64,000 nt of DNA, taken from Hyphomicrobium sp. (lineage in GTDB: Bacteria; Pseudomonadota; Alphaproteobacteria; Rhizobiales; Hyphomicrobiaceae). The stretch covers positions 1,874 through 65,873 of the forward strand of contig JALOTA010000027.1 of assembly GCA_025458125.1 (NCBI GenBank). The letters are read 5' to 3'. Both the position numbers and the translations under genes were made by a program. Each line of letters begins with the position of its first letter. The stretch's first letter is position 1. Of this stretch, positions 45,279 to 54,834 are shown piece after piece. The notes under the pieces were generated by a model, which saw only the letters and a list, made by a program, of their open reading frames with translations, had not been told where the DNA came from and ran no database searches.

Positions 45279-46712
45279 ATGCGACATCCTCCTCTCAATG
45301 CACCGGACGCAGCCCTGCTCGATGCGCTGGCGCGCTGCGTCGGCCCGGCGAATACCATTCGGGCCGGCGATCCTCGGCAGCAACCCTATCTGCGTGAGTG
45401 GCGCGACCGTTTTAGGGGCGTTTCGCCGCTCGTCGTGCGTCCGGCAACGACGGCGGAGGTGGGCGAGGTCTTGAAGCTGTGCAACGACGCGCGCGTCGGT
45501 GTCGTGCCGCAGTCTGGCAACACCGGGCTCGTCGGCGGACAGATCCCGCACGAGGACGGACGCGAGATCGTTTTGTCGCTCGATCGCATGACGGCGATCC
45601 GTTCGATCGATGCCGGCAGTTCAGCGCTGACGGCGGAGGCGGGCGTCAAGCTCGCAGAGGTGCAGGAAGCCGCCCGCTCAGCCGGACTGATGTTCGCTCT
45701 CTCCATGGCATCGGAAGGCAGTGCCTGTCTCGGCGGAGCGCTTGCCACCAACGCCGGCGGTCTTGCCGTGCTCGCCTACGGATCGGCCCGAGCGCAGGTG
45801 CTCGGGGTCGAAGCCGTTCTGGCCGACGGCCGCGTTCTCGACGGCCTGTCGAGCCTCAAGAAGGACAATACCGGCTACGATCTCAGAGACCTTCTCATCG
45901 GCTCGGAAGGGACGCTTGCGATCATCACGGCAGCGACCGTGAAGCTCGTTCCTGAGCCGCGCGATGTGGCGACGGCCTTGGCCTCGCTCCCCGCGATGGA
46001 CCGGCTCGTGCCGATGTTCCAACTGGCCCAACGGACAGCGGGGCCGGCGCTGACGGCGTTCGAATTCATGTCCGAACGGGCCATGTCCTTTGTCATCAAA
46101 CATGGCAAGGCTACCGCTGCGGCCGCCGGCGTCGCCGCGCCGTGCACGGTCCTCCTGGAGATTTCGGCAACAGAACCCGGCCGCGCCCAGCCGATGCTTG
46201 AGACGATCCTGTCGGAGGCCCTCGCCGCCGGTTTGATCGCCGATGCACGCGTCGCTGGCTCGCAAACCCAGCGCGCCGCCATGTGGCAACTCCGCGAGCA
46301 GATGTCGGATATTCAGAAACTGGAAGGCGGCTCCATCAAGCACGATGTCTCGCTGCCCATTGCCCATGTGCCGGAATTTCTCGACCGCGCGGCCATTGTC
46401 GTCGAAACCATTTGTCCCGGTGCGCGGCCGGTGCCCTTCGGTCATCTCGGCGATGGCAACGTCCATTACAACGTGTCCCAGCCGACAGGCATGGACAAGG
46501 CGCAATTCCTGGGGCTCTGGGAGCCGATGTCGGACGCGGTGCACGCACTCGTCAGCGAAATGGGTGGTTCGATCTCCGCCGAGCACGGTATCGGCCGCAT
46601 GAAGCGTGACGCGTTGCTGCGGGTCAAGAACCCCGTCGCGTTGGACTTGATGCGAGCGATCAAGTCGGCTTTCGATCCCAACGGGATTCTCAATCCCGGA
46701 AAGCTGATCTAG
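45279..46712 (+). CDS. FAD-linked oxidase (GlcD / D-2-hydroxyacid dehydrogenase family)
   Basis: ATG 45279 follows GAAGGA. Motifs PQSGNTGLVGG, KDNTGYDL.DLLIGSEGTLAIIT, a C-terminal SAEHGIG..K and DPNGILNPGK. Confidence 0.85.
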   Translation: MRHPPLNAPDAALLDALARCVGPANTIRAGDPRQQPYLREWRDRFRGVSPLVVRPATTAEVGEVLKLCNDARVGVVPQSGNTGLVGGQIPHEDGREIVLSLDRMTAIRSIDAGSSALTAEAGVKLAEVQEAARSAGLMFALSMASEGSACLGGALATNAGGLAVLAYGSARAQVLGVEAVLADGRVLDGLSSLKKDNTGYDLRDLLIGSEGTLAIITAATVKLVPEPRDVATALASLPAMDRLVPMFQLAQRTAGPALTAFEFMSERAMSFVIKHGKATAAAAGVAAPCTVLLEISATEPGRAQPMLETILSEALAAGLIADARVAGSQTQRAAMWQLREQMSDIQKLEGGSIKHDVSLPIAHVPEFLDRAAIVVETICPGARPVPFGHLGDGNVHYNVSQPTGMDKAQFLGLWEPMSDAVHALVSEMGGSISAEHGIGRMKRDALLRVKNPVALDLMRAIKSAFDPNGILNPGKLI

Positions 46713-46728
46713 GCCGGCGGCCGGGCAG

Positions 46729-48441
46729 TCAACCTTGGCCTGATTTTACCGACTTCAATTCCTCGGCGATGCGGTGCGACTGGGACGGCCAGCTTGCCGC
46801 CACCCAGTCGTCGGTTCCGAACAGCCAGTACCAGAAGCGATTGCGGCGGTAGTAGCGTTCGATGGTGACACGGTGCATGTTTTCGACCGTGCCCGACAGT
46901 CCGTCGATGGCGCTGCCGATGCTCTGCGTCTGACCTTCGAGAATTGCAAGACGCGGATCGATCGCCTCCAGCGAATTGGTCAGGCCCAACGTCGCCGCAC
47001 GGGCGTCATCGCGCAGCGCGGCGATGTTCTCACGCGCATCGTTGCGCGCCTGATCGACGCTTCCGGCTAGCGTATGCTGGTTGGCGTTGAGCTTGACGAT
47101 TGCGTCTGAAACCTCGGTGAGATCCTCGCGCGCCGCCTGCTGACCCGTGGTCACCTTATCCATGATTTCGGTTGCGAACCGTTCCACCGACGAGATGCGG
47201 TCTGCAAGTCCGCGAAGCGACTCCAGGGATTCGGCGTGGCGCGTTTCGCCCGCAGACCTAACATCCGTGAGCACGTTGCCGATCTCGCTGCGGTGGACGT
47301 CGATCGACTGCGTGAGCTGACCGATTTCGCCGCGTAGAACCGCACCGGATTCGGCTGCGCGAGTGCGCTCTCCGGCCAGCGTCGTCTCCAGGCGGTCGAG
47401 ACGCTCGGACAACTCGCGGATGGCCTTCTCGGAGTCTCGCGACAACACCGCCTCTTCGATGACATCGAGTCGGCTTGCCAGCGGCTTGATATCCGGCTTC
47501 TCCTGCAGTCGCGTCCGCAGGTCATTCTCGATCGAAGCGAGTGCCAGAGAGAACTGCTCGAATCCCGCGGTCACCGAGCGTTCGATGGTCGCGACGCGAT
47601 CGGCGACCGGACCGACGTCCGCGGGCGCGGCGCGAAGACCCGCCATCTCGCGGTGGACTTCCCCGAGAAGGGCTGTCACCGATTTGCGTTCGGCCGTCAC
47701 GTCGGCGGAAAGTGCCCGCAACATCTGCTCGAGCGATTCAAGCCTCGGCAACTGAGAGTTACCGGCCGGGAGGTCGGCGTAGTCGGCGCGAAGCGGACGT
47801 TCGGGCTCGCGAGACTGGTGAAGACCCGACAGGGGTTGCTGCGGATCGCTGTCCCGGGCAGCAAAACGCTGGCCGAACCCAACGCGGGATGTCCTTGAGG
47901 CATAGGAGCCGTTCAACGCACTGCGCTGGTCGCCGCGCGGCAGAAGTTCCAATCCAGGAAGATCGGGTTCGAGATCGAGAACCACGTGCAGCAGGTCGTC
48001 GACAGTGGCCGGAGCGTTGCGGCGCGCGCCAAGCTGGCCAGCCGCGCGCAGCACGTGCTCCAACTCCTGCGAATGACGAGGCCCAGGATCGCCGGGGCCG
48101 AGCCCCACGGGCAGTTCGCTGGCGATGACGGTGGCACTTTCACGGCGCAGCGCTGAAACCTTGATGCCGCGCATCTCCAGAACTTCCGCGGCCGTGTCGA
48201 TACGCGTGAGCGCATGAAGCAAGTGCTCCAGGCGAACGTCGGCCGAGCGGTGGGCAAGGGCGACGTCGTAAGCATGGTTCACGCAGGCGAGAACCACCTC
48301 GTCGACCCAGATGGGACCTGACGCATAGCCGCCGCGCGCGCGCGGCTCGTAGACTTGAGCCGCAAGCGCAGCGGGTTCCGGGGGAGCGGCACTCCACGTG
48401 CGTGGTGTACGCAAATCCAAGTCTCCGCCGCGATACGCCAT
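46729..48441 (-). CDS. Clp_N (double Clp repeat) domain protein fused to a coiled coil of about 350 aa and a Trp-rich hydrophobic C-terminus
   Basis: 570 aa. The N-terminus resembles a ClpA/B/C N-domain repeat (VVLACVNHAYDVALAHRSADVRLEHLLHALTR...ELEHVLRAAGQLGARRNAPATVDDLLHVVL). Long heptad-rich sequence follows, then RFWYWLFGTDDWVAASWP. Confidence 0.7.
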   Translation of the reverse strand: MAYRGGDLDLRTPRTWSAAPPEPAALAAQVYEPRARGGYASGPIWVDEVVLACVNHAYDVALAHRSADVRLEHLLHALTRIDTAAEVLEMRGIKVSALRRESATVIASELPVGLGPGDPGPRHSQELEHVLRAAGQLGARRNAPATVDDLLHVVLDLEPDLPGLELLPRGDQRSALNGSYASRTSRVGFGQRFAARDSDPQQPLSGLHQSREPERPLRADYADLPAGNSQLPRLESLEQMLRALSADVTAERKSVTALLGEVHREMAGLRAAPADVGPVADRVATIERSVTAGFEQFSLALASIENDLRTRLQEKPDIKPLASRLDVIEEAVLSRDSEKAIRELSERLDRLETTLAGERTRAAESGAVLRGEIGQLTQSIDVHRSEIGNVLTDVRSAGETRHAESLESLRGLADRISSVERFATEIMDKVTTGQQAAREDLTEVSDAIVKLNANQHTLAGSVDQARNDARENIAALRDDARAATLGLTNSLEAIDPRLAILEGQTQSIGSAIDGLSGTVENMHRVTIERYYRRNRFWYWLFGTDDWVAASWPSQSHRIAEELKSVKSGQG

Positions 48442-48687
48442 GATCGTTACTCCTCACCGGGACGGCAATCGCCCCGTGCTCCCCGTACGCTTTCCCATGA
48501 TCTTGTCCGACACCGGCGGACCGCCGTTGCCCCCGTGCCAGACCACCCATTCTTCAATGGCTCGGAAACAGTGTTTCTAAACCTAATCGGTATCAGCGCC
48601 AGCGGCGAGAGGCCAGCCCGGGCCGTTTCAGGGTTTGGTGAACGTCCGTTCGCTCTTTGATTTCAGTTTATTAGCCCAGACCAGCAA

Positions 48688-49377
48688 TCACGCCGCGGAC
48701 GGTCCGGACGAGCCGGGCGGATGCATGAGCTCCGGCCCCTCGCTGCGCGGGTTGTTCAATTTGGGGCTCACGTCGACGATTTCGAGCAGATCGTCTGGTG
48801 GCGGCGCCAGCAATCGCCCGACGAAGTGCGCGGTGCCGGATGAGCAATCGAGCCAGGCTTCGAAATGCTCGGGCGCAATGATCACAGGCATTCGATCGTG
48901 GATCGGCGCCATCGTGGCATTGGCCGACGTCGTGAGGATCGCCACGCTCTCCAGTTCGCTGCCATCCGCGCCGACCCAGTGATCGGCAAGACCGGCAAGC
49001 GCGACAAGACCGCCGTCGCGCGGGCGAAACAGGTGCGGACGCTTGGCGCCGGGCCGGCCCGTCCATTCGTAGAATCCGGTCGCCGGAACGAGGCACCGCT
49101 TATGACGGAACGATCCGCGAAACGAGGGCTTCGCGGCGGCCGTTTCGGATCGCGCGTTTATTAGCGTGGTGAAGGTACGCGGGTCCTTAACCCAGGAGGG
49201 AATGAGCCCCCAACGCACAAGGTATTGCTCCCTCTCGCCCGAAACCGTGCGACGCACGATCACAACGGGCTGTGTGGGAGCAATGTTGTACCGCGGCGGA
49301 AAATCAAGGCTGTTGCGGGTGCCGAAGATGGCGCGAACGGCCTCGGGCGGCGCGGTCAGACTGAAACGCGAGCACAT
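48688..49377 (-). CDS. SOS-response-associated peptidase (SRAP/YedK; abasic-site processing protein)
   Basis: 229 aa starting MCSRFSL (catalytic Cys2), with YNIAPTQ, RWGLIPSW, INARSET, FYEW and the catalytic HDRMP motif. Confidence 0.88.
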   Translation of the reverse strand: MCSRFSLTAPPEAVRAIFGTRNSLDFPPRYNIAPTQPVVIVRRTVSGEREQYLVRWGLIPSWVKDPRTFTTLINARSETAAAKPSFRGSFRHKRCLVPATGFYEWTGRPGAKRPHLFRPRDGGLVALAGLADHWVGADGSELESVAILTTSANATMAPIHDRMPVIIAPEHFEAWLDCSSGTAHFVGRLLAPPPDDLLEIVDVSPKLNNPRSEGPELMHPPGSSGPSAA

Positions 49378-49532
49378 CAGCGACCCACCCGACGTGATAA
49401 TCCGCAGGCAGAAGCCCGATCGGCATGCGTTGAATGCGGCGCGAAGGAATCGATGCTAGAACTCGACCTGCCATGACGCCGCCGAAAAGCGTGCCAATAG
49501 AGAAAATATAGACGCCGCGAAGGGAACCGGCA

Positions 49533-49943
49533 ATGCAAAGCAACGACGGCGCGCGCCGTTCCATCCCCCCGGCCGGGGCGGGGGCCGCCCTGGTGGCGAT
49601 CGCTGCTCTGCTGCTCTTTTCGGTCGCCGCGCGCGCGCAGGACGTCAAGCCTTACGACGAGCAACTGATGCGGCTGGCTGAGATACTGGGTGCCGTGCAT
49701 TATTTGCGCGAGCTCTGCTCGGCCGACGAAGGGCAGCTCTGGCGCGATCACATGCAGACGTTGATCAACGCCGAAACATCGAGCGCGCAACGCAAGGCGC
49801 GTATTGCGCGCAGTTTCAACCAAGGTTACCGCAGCTATAGCCGCACCTACACGACCTGCACGCCATCGGCTCAGACGGCCATCGCCCGGTTCATGACCGA
49901 AGGTGCCGAGATTTCCGATAACCTTGCTGACAAAGCACCTTAG
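49533..49943 (+). CDS. TIGR02301-like conserved alphaproteobacterial secreted protein
   Basis: 136 aa. Signal peptide, then LMRLAEILGAVHYLRELC......WRDHM..L...E......R...SFNQGYRSY...Y..CT. The family assignment is from memory. Confidence 0.6.
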   Translation: MQSNDGARRSIPPAGAGAALVAIAALLLFSVAARAQDVKPYDEQLMRLAEILGAVHYLRELCSADEGQLWRDHMQTLINAETSSAQRKARIARSFNQGYRSYSRTYTTCTPSAQTAIARFMTEGAEISDNLADKAP

Positions 49944-50115
49944 CCTGCGCCGGCTTGCGCTTGATGCTTTGCGAAGCGCTTGCAAGACGGGCCGCGGGTT
50001 TACCCTGAATTGCTGGTACAGCCGCGCTCATCGCGGGAGCGTGGTATGCGGTTTTTGAGATTCGCAGAGTTGCTGGGGGCAGTTGATTGCTGCGAATGGG
50101 TGGGAGACAGAGTGG

Positions 50116-50367
50116 ATGAATCTGGAAGCACGTGAACTGGCAGACAGCGACGACAACACCTTCAAGGCTCTGGGCCTGATCCTGGCAGCTTGGGACGAAG
50201 GAACCGAGAGCGGAGTGGCGTCGGAACAGATGGCCTATGCCGCTTTGTTCGCGGCGCTCACGGACCTTGTCGGGATGTATGGCGAGGATGCCGTAATCGA
50301 ACTCGCCCGTGGACTCGAACGGCGATTGCTGCAAGGGGAGTTCACCCTCGATAGGGTCGTCCAGTAA
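50116..50367 (+). CDS. hypothetical small acidic protein
   Basis: ATG 50116 follows GGGAGA. 83 aa, MNLEARELADSDDNTFKALGLILAAWDEG... I recognise no family. Confidence 0.4.
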   Translation: MNLEARELADSDDNTFKALGLILAAWDEGTESGVASEQMAYAALFAALTDLVGMYGEDAVIELARGLERRLLQGEFTLDRVVQ

Positions 50368-50384
50368 ACTGATCCGCGGCTGCC

Positions 50385-51056
50385 TCAGTGGCCCAATCCA
50401 AAGCCGTTCTTCACGACCATTTCGCCAATCAGTATTCCGCCGAACCCGATGAGGGCCAGCCCTGCGAAACGGTTGATCGTCTGCAGGTGGGCGGTGTTGA
50501 TACGGTGACGGAAACGGCTGATCAGGTTCGACAGAAACACCCACCAGGCCAGGCTACCTGCCATCGTCGCGGCGACCATCAGGAGTGCGTCGACAGTGGT
50601 GTGGACTTCGACGAACGTCGACACGCCACCAAAGATCGCAAAAAGCCCCAACACGGCCCCGGGATTGGTGATCGTGAGAAAGAAGGTCTGGGGAATGTCC
50701 CAGGCAAAATCGCGCAATGAAGCTTTGTCCGGGTCGATCCTCGCCGCGGCGTCGATCGGCGGAACGGTCATATAGAGCTTGATCCCGAACAGCATCAGGG
50801 CTAGGCCGCCGACGACCTGGATGGCTGTGCGGTGATGCTCGATCGCGCCGGAAATCGCACCGACGCCCAGAGCGGCAAAAAGCGCGATGGTGCCATCGCC
50901 GAGGACCGCGCCGATGCCGGCCGCGAGACCTCCGAAGAAGCCGCGCTCAATGGCGCGTTGAATGCACAGAACGTTGACCGGACCTACCGGAGCGGCCACC
51001 AGCACGCCTATGATCAGACCGACCGGAATGATGAGTGGATTGGGTATGAATTCCAT
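50385..51056 (-). CDS. LysE/RhtB-family amino-acid exporter
   Basis: Start at MEFIPNPLIIPVGLIIG (ATG 51056). 223 aa, multi-TM, with PVGPVNVLCIQRA and TNPGAVLGLFAIFG motifs. The track's 308-aa form is an Arg/Pro-rich over-extension. Confidence 0.8.
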   Translation of the reverse strand: MEFIPNPLIIPVGLIIGVLVAAPVGPVNVLCIQRAIERGFFGGLAAGIGAVLGDGTIALFAALGVGAISGAIEHHRTAIQVVGGLALMLFGIKLYMTVPPIDAAARIDPDKASLRDFAWDIPQTFFLTITNPGAVLGLFAIFGGVSTFVEVHTTVDALLMVAATMAGSLAWWVFLSNLISRFRHRINTAHLQTINRFAGLALIGFGGILIGEMVVKNGFGLGH

Positions 51057-51478
51057 GCGGCTTTCGCCCGTGCACTTGCGGCGCTTTCCAGGCAAAGCGC
51101 AAACTTCGTCCGCCGGGAAGGGCACTCTCCACTTCGGACACGCGCAACGGATACATGAAGAATTGGTACCGGGGTGATGAACAATTGTCCATTGCAGTCC
51201 AGCCCGCATCCGCCGGAACGGGGCAGAGGCGAGACGCCGCGGCGGACAGCGGCGGACAGGCGCAAGCGGTTCAACCGGCAGTCGAAATAGTCCCGATCCC
51301 CGGCCTGGCACTTTCGGCCTTGCGGCAAATGGTCGAAAGACTATTTCCGTCCGATGGTTCCATCGGCGGCTTTACTCTGTTAGTGAGCAAAAATCAGGTG
51401 CAGGGCTTCTGAAGCCTTGTCCCGCGCCTTCACGCGTGACCGCCTGATGCGTGAAGTCCCAGTCAAAAGGGTACCGTC

Positions 51479-52114
51479 ATGAGTTTTCGTCGTTTTGCGG
51501 CCGTAACCGGCCTTCTCTTCGCTCTTAATTCCCCTGCCTTCGCCGAAGTTCCCGGCGCCTACGGGATGTGGGGCGACACGCCCCACTCGAACGCCTCTTC
51601 CGGAGGCTGGTTTGGAAAAAACAAACAGAAGCCCAACCCTGCCCTGGCCGCCCTGGGTCCCGGCATGACGGGCAAGCCCAAGGCTCTTCTTGAAGGAGGC
51701 GGAAGGCCCTCCATCGCCGCGCAGACGCCGCAGGTCGTTTCCTATGGTGGAGGTTACGGCCGCGGTTCGGTCGTCGTCGACCACTCGCAGAGGAAGCTCT
51801 ACTATATCATTGGCGACGGGAAGGCCTATGCCTACCCGGTTGCCGTGGGCAAGAAGGGCTTCAAGTGGACAGGCTCGCAGAAGGTTTCGAGCATCAAGTC
51901 GTGGCCTGACTGGGTTCCGCCGGAGGAAATGCGCCAGCGCAAGCCCAACCTTCCCATGCGCATGACAGGCGGCATCAACAATCCGCTCGGCGCGAAGGCG
52001 ATCTACCTGGGCAACTCGCTGTATCGCATCCACGGAACCAACGATACGAGCTCGATTGGAACCGAGGCCTCGTCGGGCTGCATTCGCATGTACAATGGGC
52101 ACGTCGTGACTTGA
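51479..52114 (+). CDS. L,D-transpeptidase (YkuD domain) with an unusually short C-terminus
   Basis: Signal peptide, then VVVDHSQRKLYYI, YRIHGTNDTSSIGTEASSGCIRM. The ORF stops 8 codons after the catalytic Cys. Confidence 0.8.
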   Translation: MSFRRFAAVTGLLFALNSPAFAEVPGAYGMWGDTPHSNASSGGWFGKNKQKPNPALAALGPGMTGKPKALLEGGGRPSIAAQTPQVVSYGGGYGRGSVVVDHSQRKLYYIIGDGKAYAYPVAVGKKGFKWTGSQKVSSIKSWPDWVPPEEMRQRKPNLPMRMTGGINNPLGAKAIYLGNSLYRIHGTNDTSSIGTEASSGCIRMYNGHVVT

Positions 52115-52120
52115 ACAGAA

Positions 52121-52153
52121 GGCCGCCGGGTCAATCCGGCGGCCTTTGCTATT
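52121..52153. terminator. hairpin terminator between convergent genes (T-tail on the + strand, T-rich on the - strand)
   Basis: GGCCGCCGG-gtcaat-CCGGCGGCC followed by TTTGCTATT. Confidence 0.7.
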
Positions 52154-52160
52154 GCGCGGA

Positions 52161-52394
52161 TCAACGCACGAACGAATAGAGCAGACCGTGCAGCGGCGAG
52201 TGTCCGTTGAGCAGATCGATTCCAAGAGCCGACTTGACGAGGTAAAGGGCCGATCCCGCAACAGCCAGAAGCACCGCGAAAGTGATGCCCCAGACCAGAC
52301 GCCGGAAAAGGCGACGCCGGGACCGCCCGGCCGGGGACGGCTGCCGGAACGGAGGCGTCGCATGTAGTGGCTGTCTTATCGAAGCGGGCACCAT
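52161..52394 (-). CDS. possible small membrane protein (hypothetical)
   Basis: About 77 aa with one clear TM helix (LVWGITFAVLLAVAGSALYLV). It lies downstream of the dihydroorotase-like gene and ends at the shared terminator. It has no SD and no recognised family. Confidence 0.3.
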   Translation of the reverse strand: MVPASIRQPLHATPPFRQPSPAGRSRRRLFRRLVWGITFAVLLAVAGSALYLVKSALGIDLLNGHSPLHGLLYSFVR

Positions 52395-52477
52395 GCCCAA
52401 GTTGGTGCAATATGAATGCCAACTTTCGCGACGCCCTTCTGCGACGGCCTTCTGACTGCTTAGTGCCGTCTGTAACC

Positions 52478-53803
52478 TCAGGCGTCGTAGAAGCGGACGG
52501 GCTCGCCAAAGCCGTTTCTGGACAGTTCACCCTGCCACATGACCCGGCGACCGCGCACGAACGTGCCGACGGGCCAGCCGGTGACTTGCACGCCATCGTA
52601 GGGCGTCCAGCCGACGCGGCTCTCGATCCAGCCGTTGCGGATCGTTTCCCGCCGCTTGAGATCAACCACCGTCAGGTCGGCATCCCAACCAACGGCTATC
52701 CGGCCCTTGCCGCGAATTCCAAACAGCCGCTGCGGTCCGTGGCTGGTCAGATCGACCAGGCGCTGCAGCGAAAGCCGGCCTGCATTCACGTGATCAAGCA
52801 TGATCGGCACGAGTGTTTGAACACCCGTCATACCCGAATGTGATCCGGGATAGGGGTGGTCTTTCTCCTCGCGCGTGTGCGGGGCGTGGTCGGAACCCAG
52901 AACATCAACCACCCCTTCAGCCAGCGCCTTCCAGATGCGGTCGCGGTGGCGGGCATCGCGAACGGGCGGGTTCATCTGAACGTAGGTGCCGAGCCGTTCG
53001 TAGCACTCGGGCGCCGCCAGCGTCAGATGATGCGGCGTAACCTCGACGCTCGCCCACTCCTTGTGCTGTTCCAGGAAGTCCATCTCCTCGCCGGTCGAGA
53101 TGTGGAGAACGTGAACGCGGCGGCGATGCTTCTCCGCGTATCCGACGAGCCGCTTCGTCGCGATCAGCGCCGCCTCCTCGTCTCGCCAAACGGGATGAGA
53201 CGACGGGTCGCCGGGCACGCGCAGATGAGCACGCTCTTTCAGCCGCGCTTCGTCCTCGGCGTGAAAGGATGCGCGACGGGAAAGCCTGGCTACGATTTTT
53301 TCCAGAGACGGCGGATCATCGACAAGAAGATCGCCCGTGGACGACCCCATGAAAACCTTGATACCGGCCGAACCTTCCAGGCGTTCCAGTTGCGGGATCT
53401 GCTCGATGTTCTCCCGCGTGCCGCCGACGAAGAAAGCGAAATCGCACAGCATCCGATGACGCGCGGCGCCGACTTTGGCGGCAAGCGTCGAAGCGCAGGT
53501 GGTGAGCGGAGCGGTGTTCGGCATTTCGAAGACCGCCGTCACACCGCCGGCGACCGCGGCCCGGCTACCGGTTTCGAGATCTTCCTTGTGGGTCAGCCCG
53601 GGTTCGCGGAAGTGAACCTGCGTATCGATGACGCCGGGCAGAACATGCAGCCCCTTCGCATCGAGCGTCTCGAGTGCCCTGGCCGACTGGAGCGCGCCCA
53701 GCGCGACAATCCTGCCGTCGCGAATTCCGATGTCCCGGATGCCTTCGCCGTCGTGATTGACCACGGTTGCGCCGGATATGACGAGATCGAATGGTGCGGT
53801 CAT
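52478..53803 (-). CDS. dihydroorotase-like cyclic amidohydrolase (dihydroorotase / allantoinase family)
   Basis: Start at MTAPFDLVISGATVVN (ATG 53803). Motifs PGVIDTQVHFREPG, FMGSSTG and SDHAPH. Confidence 0.85.
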   Translation of the reverse strand: MTAPFDLVISGATVVNHDGEGIRDIGIRDGRIVALGALQSARALETLDAKGLHVLPGVIDTQVHFREPGLTHKEDLETGSRAAVAGGVTAVFEMPNTAPLTTCASTLAAKVGAARHRMLCDFAFFVGGTRENIEQIPQLERLEGSAGIKVFMGSSTGDLLVDDPPSLEKIVARLSRRASFHAEDEARLKERAHLRVPGDPSSHPVWRDEEAALIATKRLVGYAEKHRRRVHVLHISTGEEMDFLEQHKEWASVEVTPHHLTLAAPECYERLGTYVQMNPPVRDARHRDRIWKALAEGVVDVLGSDHAPHTREEKDHPYPGSHSGMTGVQTLVPIMLDHVNAGRLSLQRLVDLTSHGPQRLFGIRGKGRIAVGWDADLTVVDLKRRETIRNGWIESRVGWTPYDGVQVTGWPVGTFVRGRRVMWQGELSRNGFGEPVRFYDA

Positions 53804-53914
53804 GAGGAGGCCGATACTTCCTTCTGCGTGATGGGCTTCTGCGCGACGGGCCGGCGGGATGCAACTTGCCATGCCCGGGGGGCCGTCCTAGGTACAGTAA
53901 GGAAATAGCAGCCC

Positions 53915-54802
53915 TTGGCCCCCATGACGAGTGAGATCAAGATCGTATTGCTGGCAGACCGTGGCGTGGTGTCTGTCGCCGGCGCGCAGGCACAGGCGTT
54001 CCTGCAAGGCCTCGTGACGAACGACATGGGCCATCTTGACCGCGATGCTGCCCTTCACGCAGGCCTGCTTTCGCCGCAGGGAAAAATTCTCTTCGACTTC
54101 TTCATCGTGAAAACAGACGGCGGCGTGCTGCTGGACGTTGCACGCGAACGAGCTGGCGATCTCGTCAAGCGCCTGACGCTCTATAAGCTTCGAGCGGCTG
54201 TAACCATCCAGGACGTGTCGGAGAGCTACCGCGCTTATGCGGTTTTCGGATCAGACCTCACGCCGGGCAGCGGCACCGTCAATGATGGCATCACATATCC
54301 TGATCCCAGACTTGCGGCTCTCGGATTGCGGGCGATCGTTGCAGCCGATTGCTCCGTCGAGGTCAACGGCAATCAGGACGCTTACGATGCTCATCGCGTT
54401 GCGCTTGGAGTCCCTGAGGGCGGCCGCGATTATGCATTCGGCGACGCCTTTCCTCACGACGCACTCTTCGATCAGCTCAACGGGGTTTCGTTCAGCAAAG
54501 GATGCTACGTCGGACAGGAGGTCGTCTCGCGAATGGAGCACCGGGGGACGGCTCGCAAACGAGTCGTTCGTGTCGGGGCCATCGACGGGTCCGCGCTCAT
54601 TGGTGATCAACCGGTGCTGGCCGGCGACGTCGAGATCGGCCGGGTTGGCACCGTATCGGGTTCGCACGGTCTGGCGCTGATCCGCCTCGACCGGGTAGAG
54701 GAATTCGCGGCAAAGGGCATTCAACTGGCGGCGGGTAGTGCGGCGCTCGGCATCGAGATTCCTTCATGGGCCCACTTCAAGCCAACCGCGCCCCACGGCT
54801 GA
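53915..54802 (+). CDS. ygfZ: folate-binding YgfZ/CAF17-family protein (GcvT-like fold)
   Basis: 295 aa with AQAFLQGLVTND, GLLSPQGKILFDFF, LYKLRAAV and the KGCYVGQE signature. Confidence 0.8.
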   Translation: MAPMTSEIKIVLLADRGVVSVAGAQAQAFLQGLVTNDMGHLDRDAALHAGLLSPQGKILFDFFIVKTDGGVLLDVARERAGDLVKRLTLYKLRAAVTIQDVSESYRAYAVFGSDLTPGSGTVNDGITYPDPRLAALGLRAIVAADCSVEVNGNQDAYDAHRVALGVPEGGRDYAFGDAFPHDALFDQLNGVSFSKGCYVGQEVVSRMEHRGTARKRVVRVGAIDGSALIGDQPVLAGDVEIGRVGTVSGSHGLALIRLDRVEEFAAKGIQLAAGSAALGIEIPSWAHFKPTAPHG

Positions 54803-54834
54803 CGGCGCGCGGCGCTATCGGGAGGACCTGCACA

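Noticed and set aside
49378-49532. LexA/SOS box upstream of the SRAP (SOS-response-associated peptidase) gene.
   Set aside because: No alphaproteobacterial GTTC-N7-GTTC (or GAAC-N7-GAAC) direct repeat is present in the upstream region. Only a single GAAC was seen.
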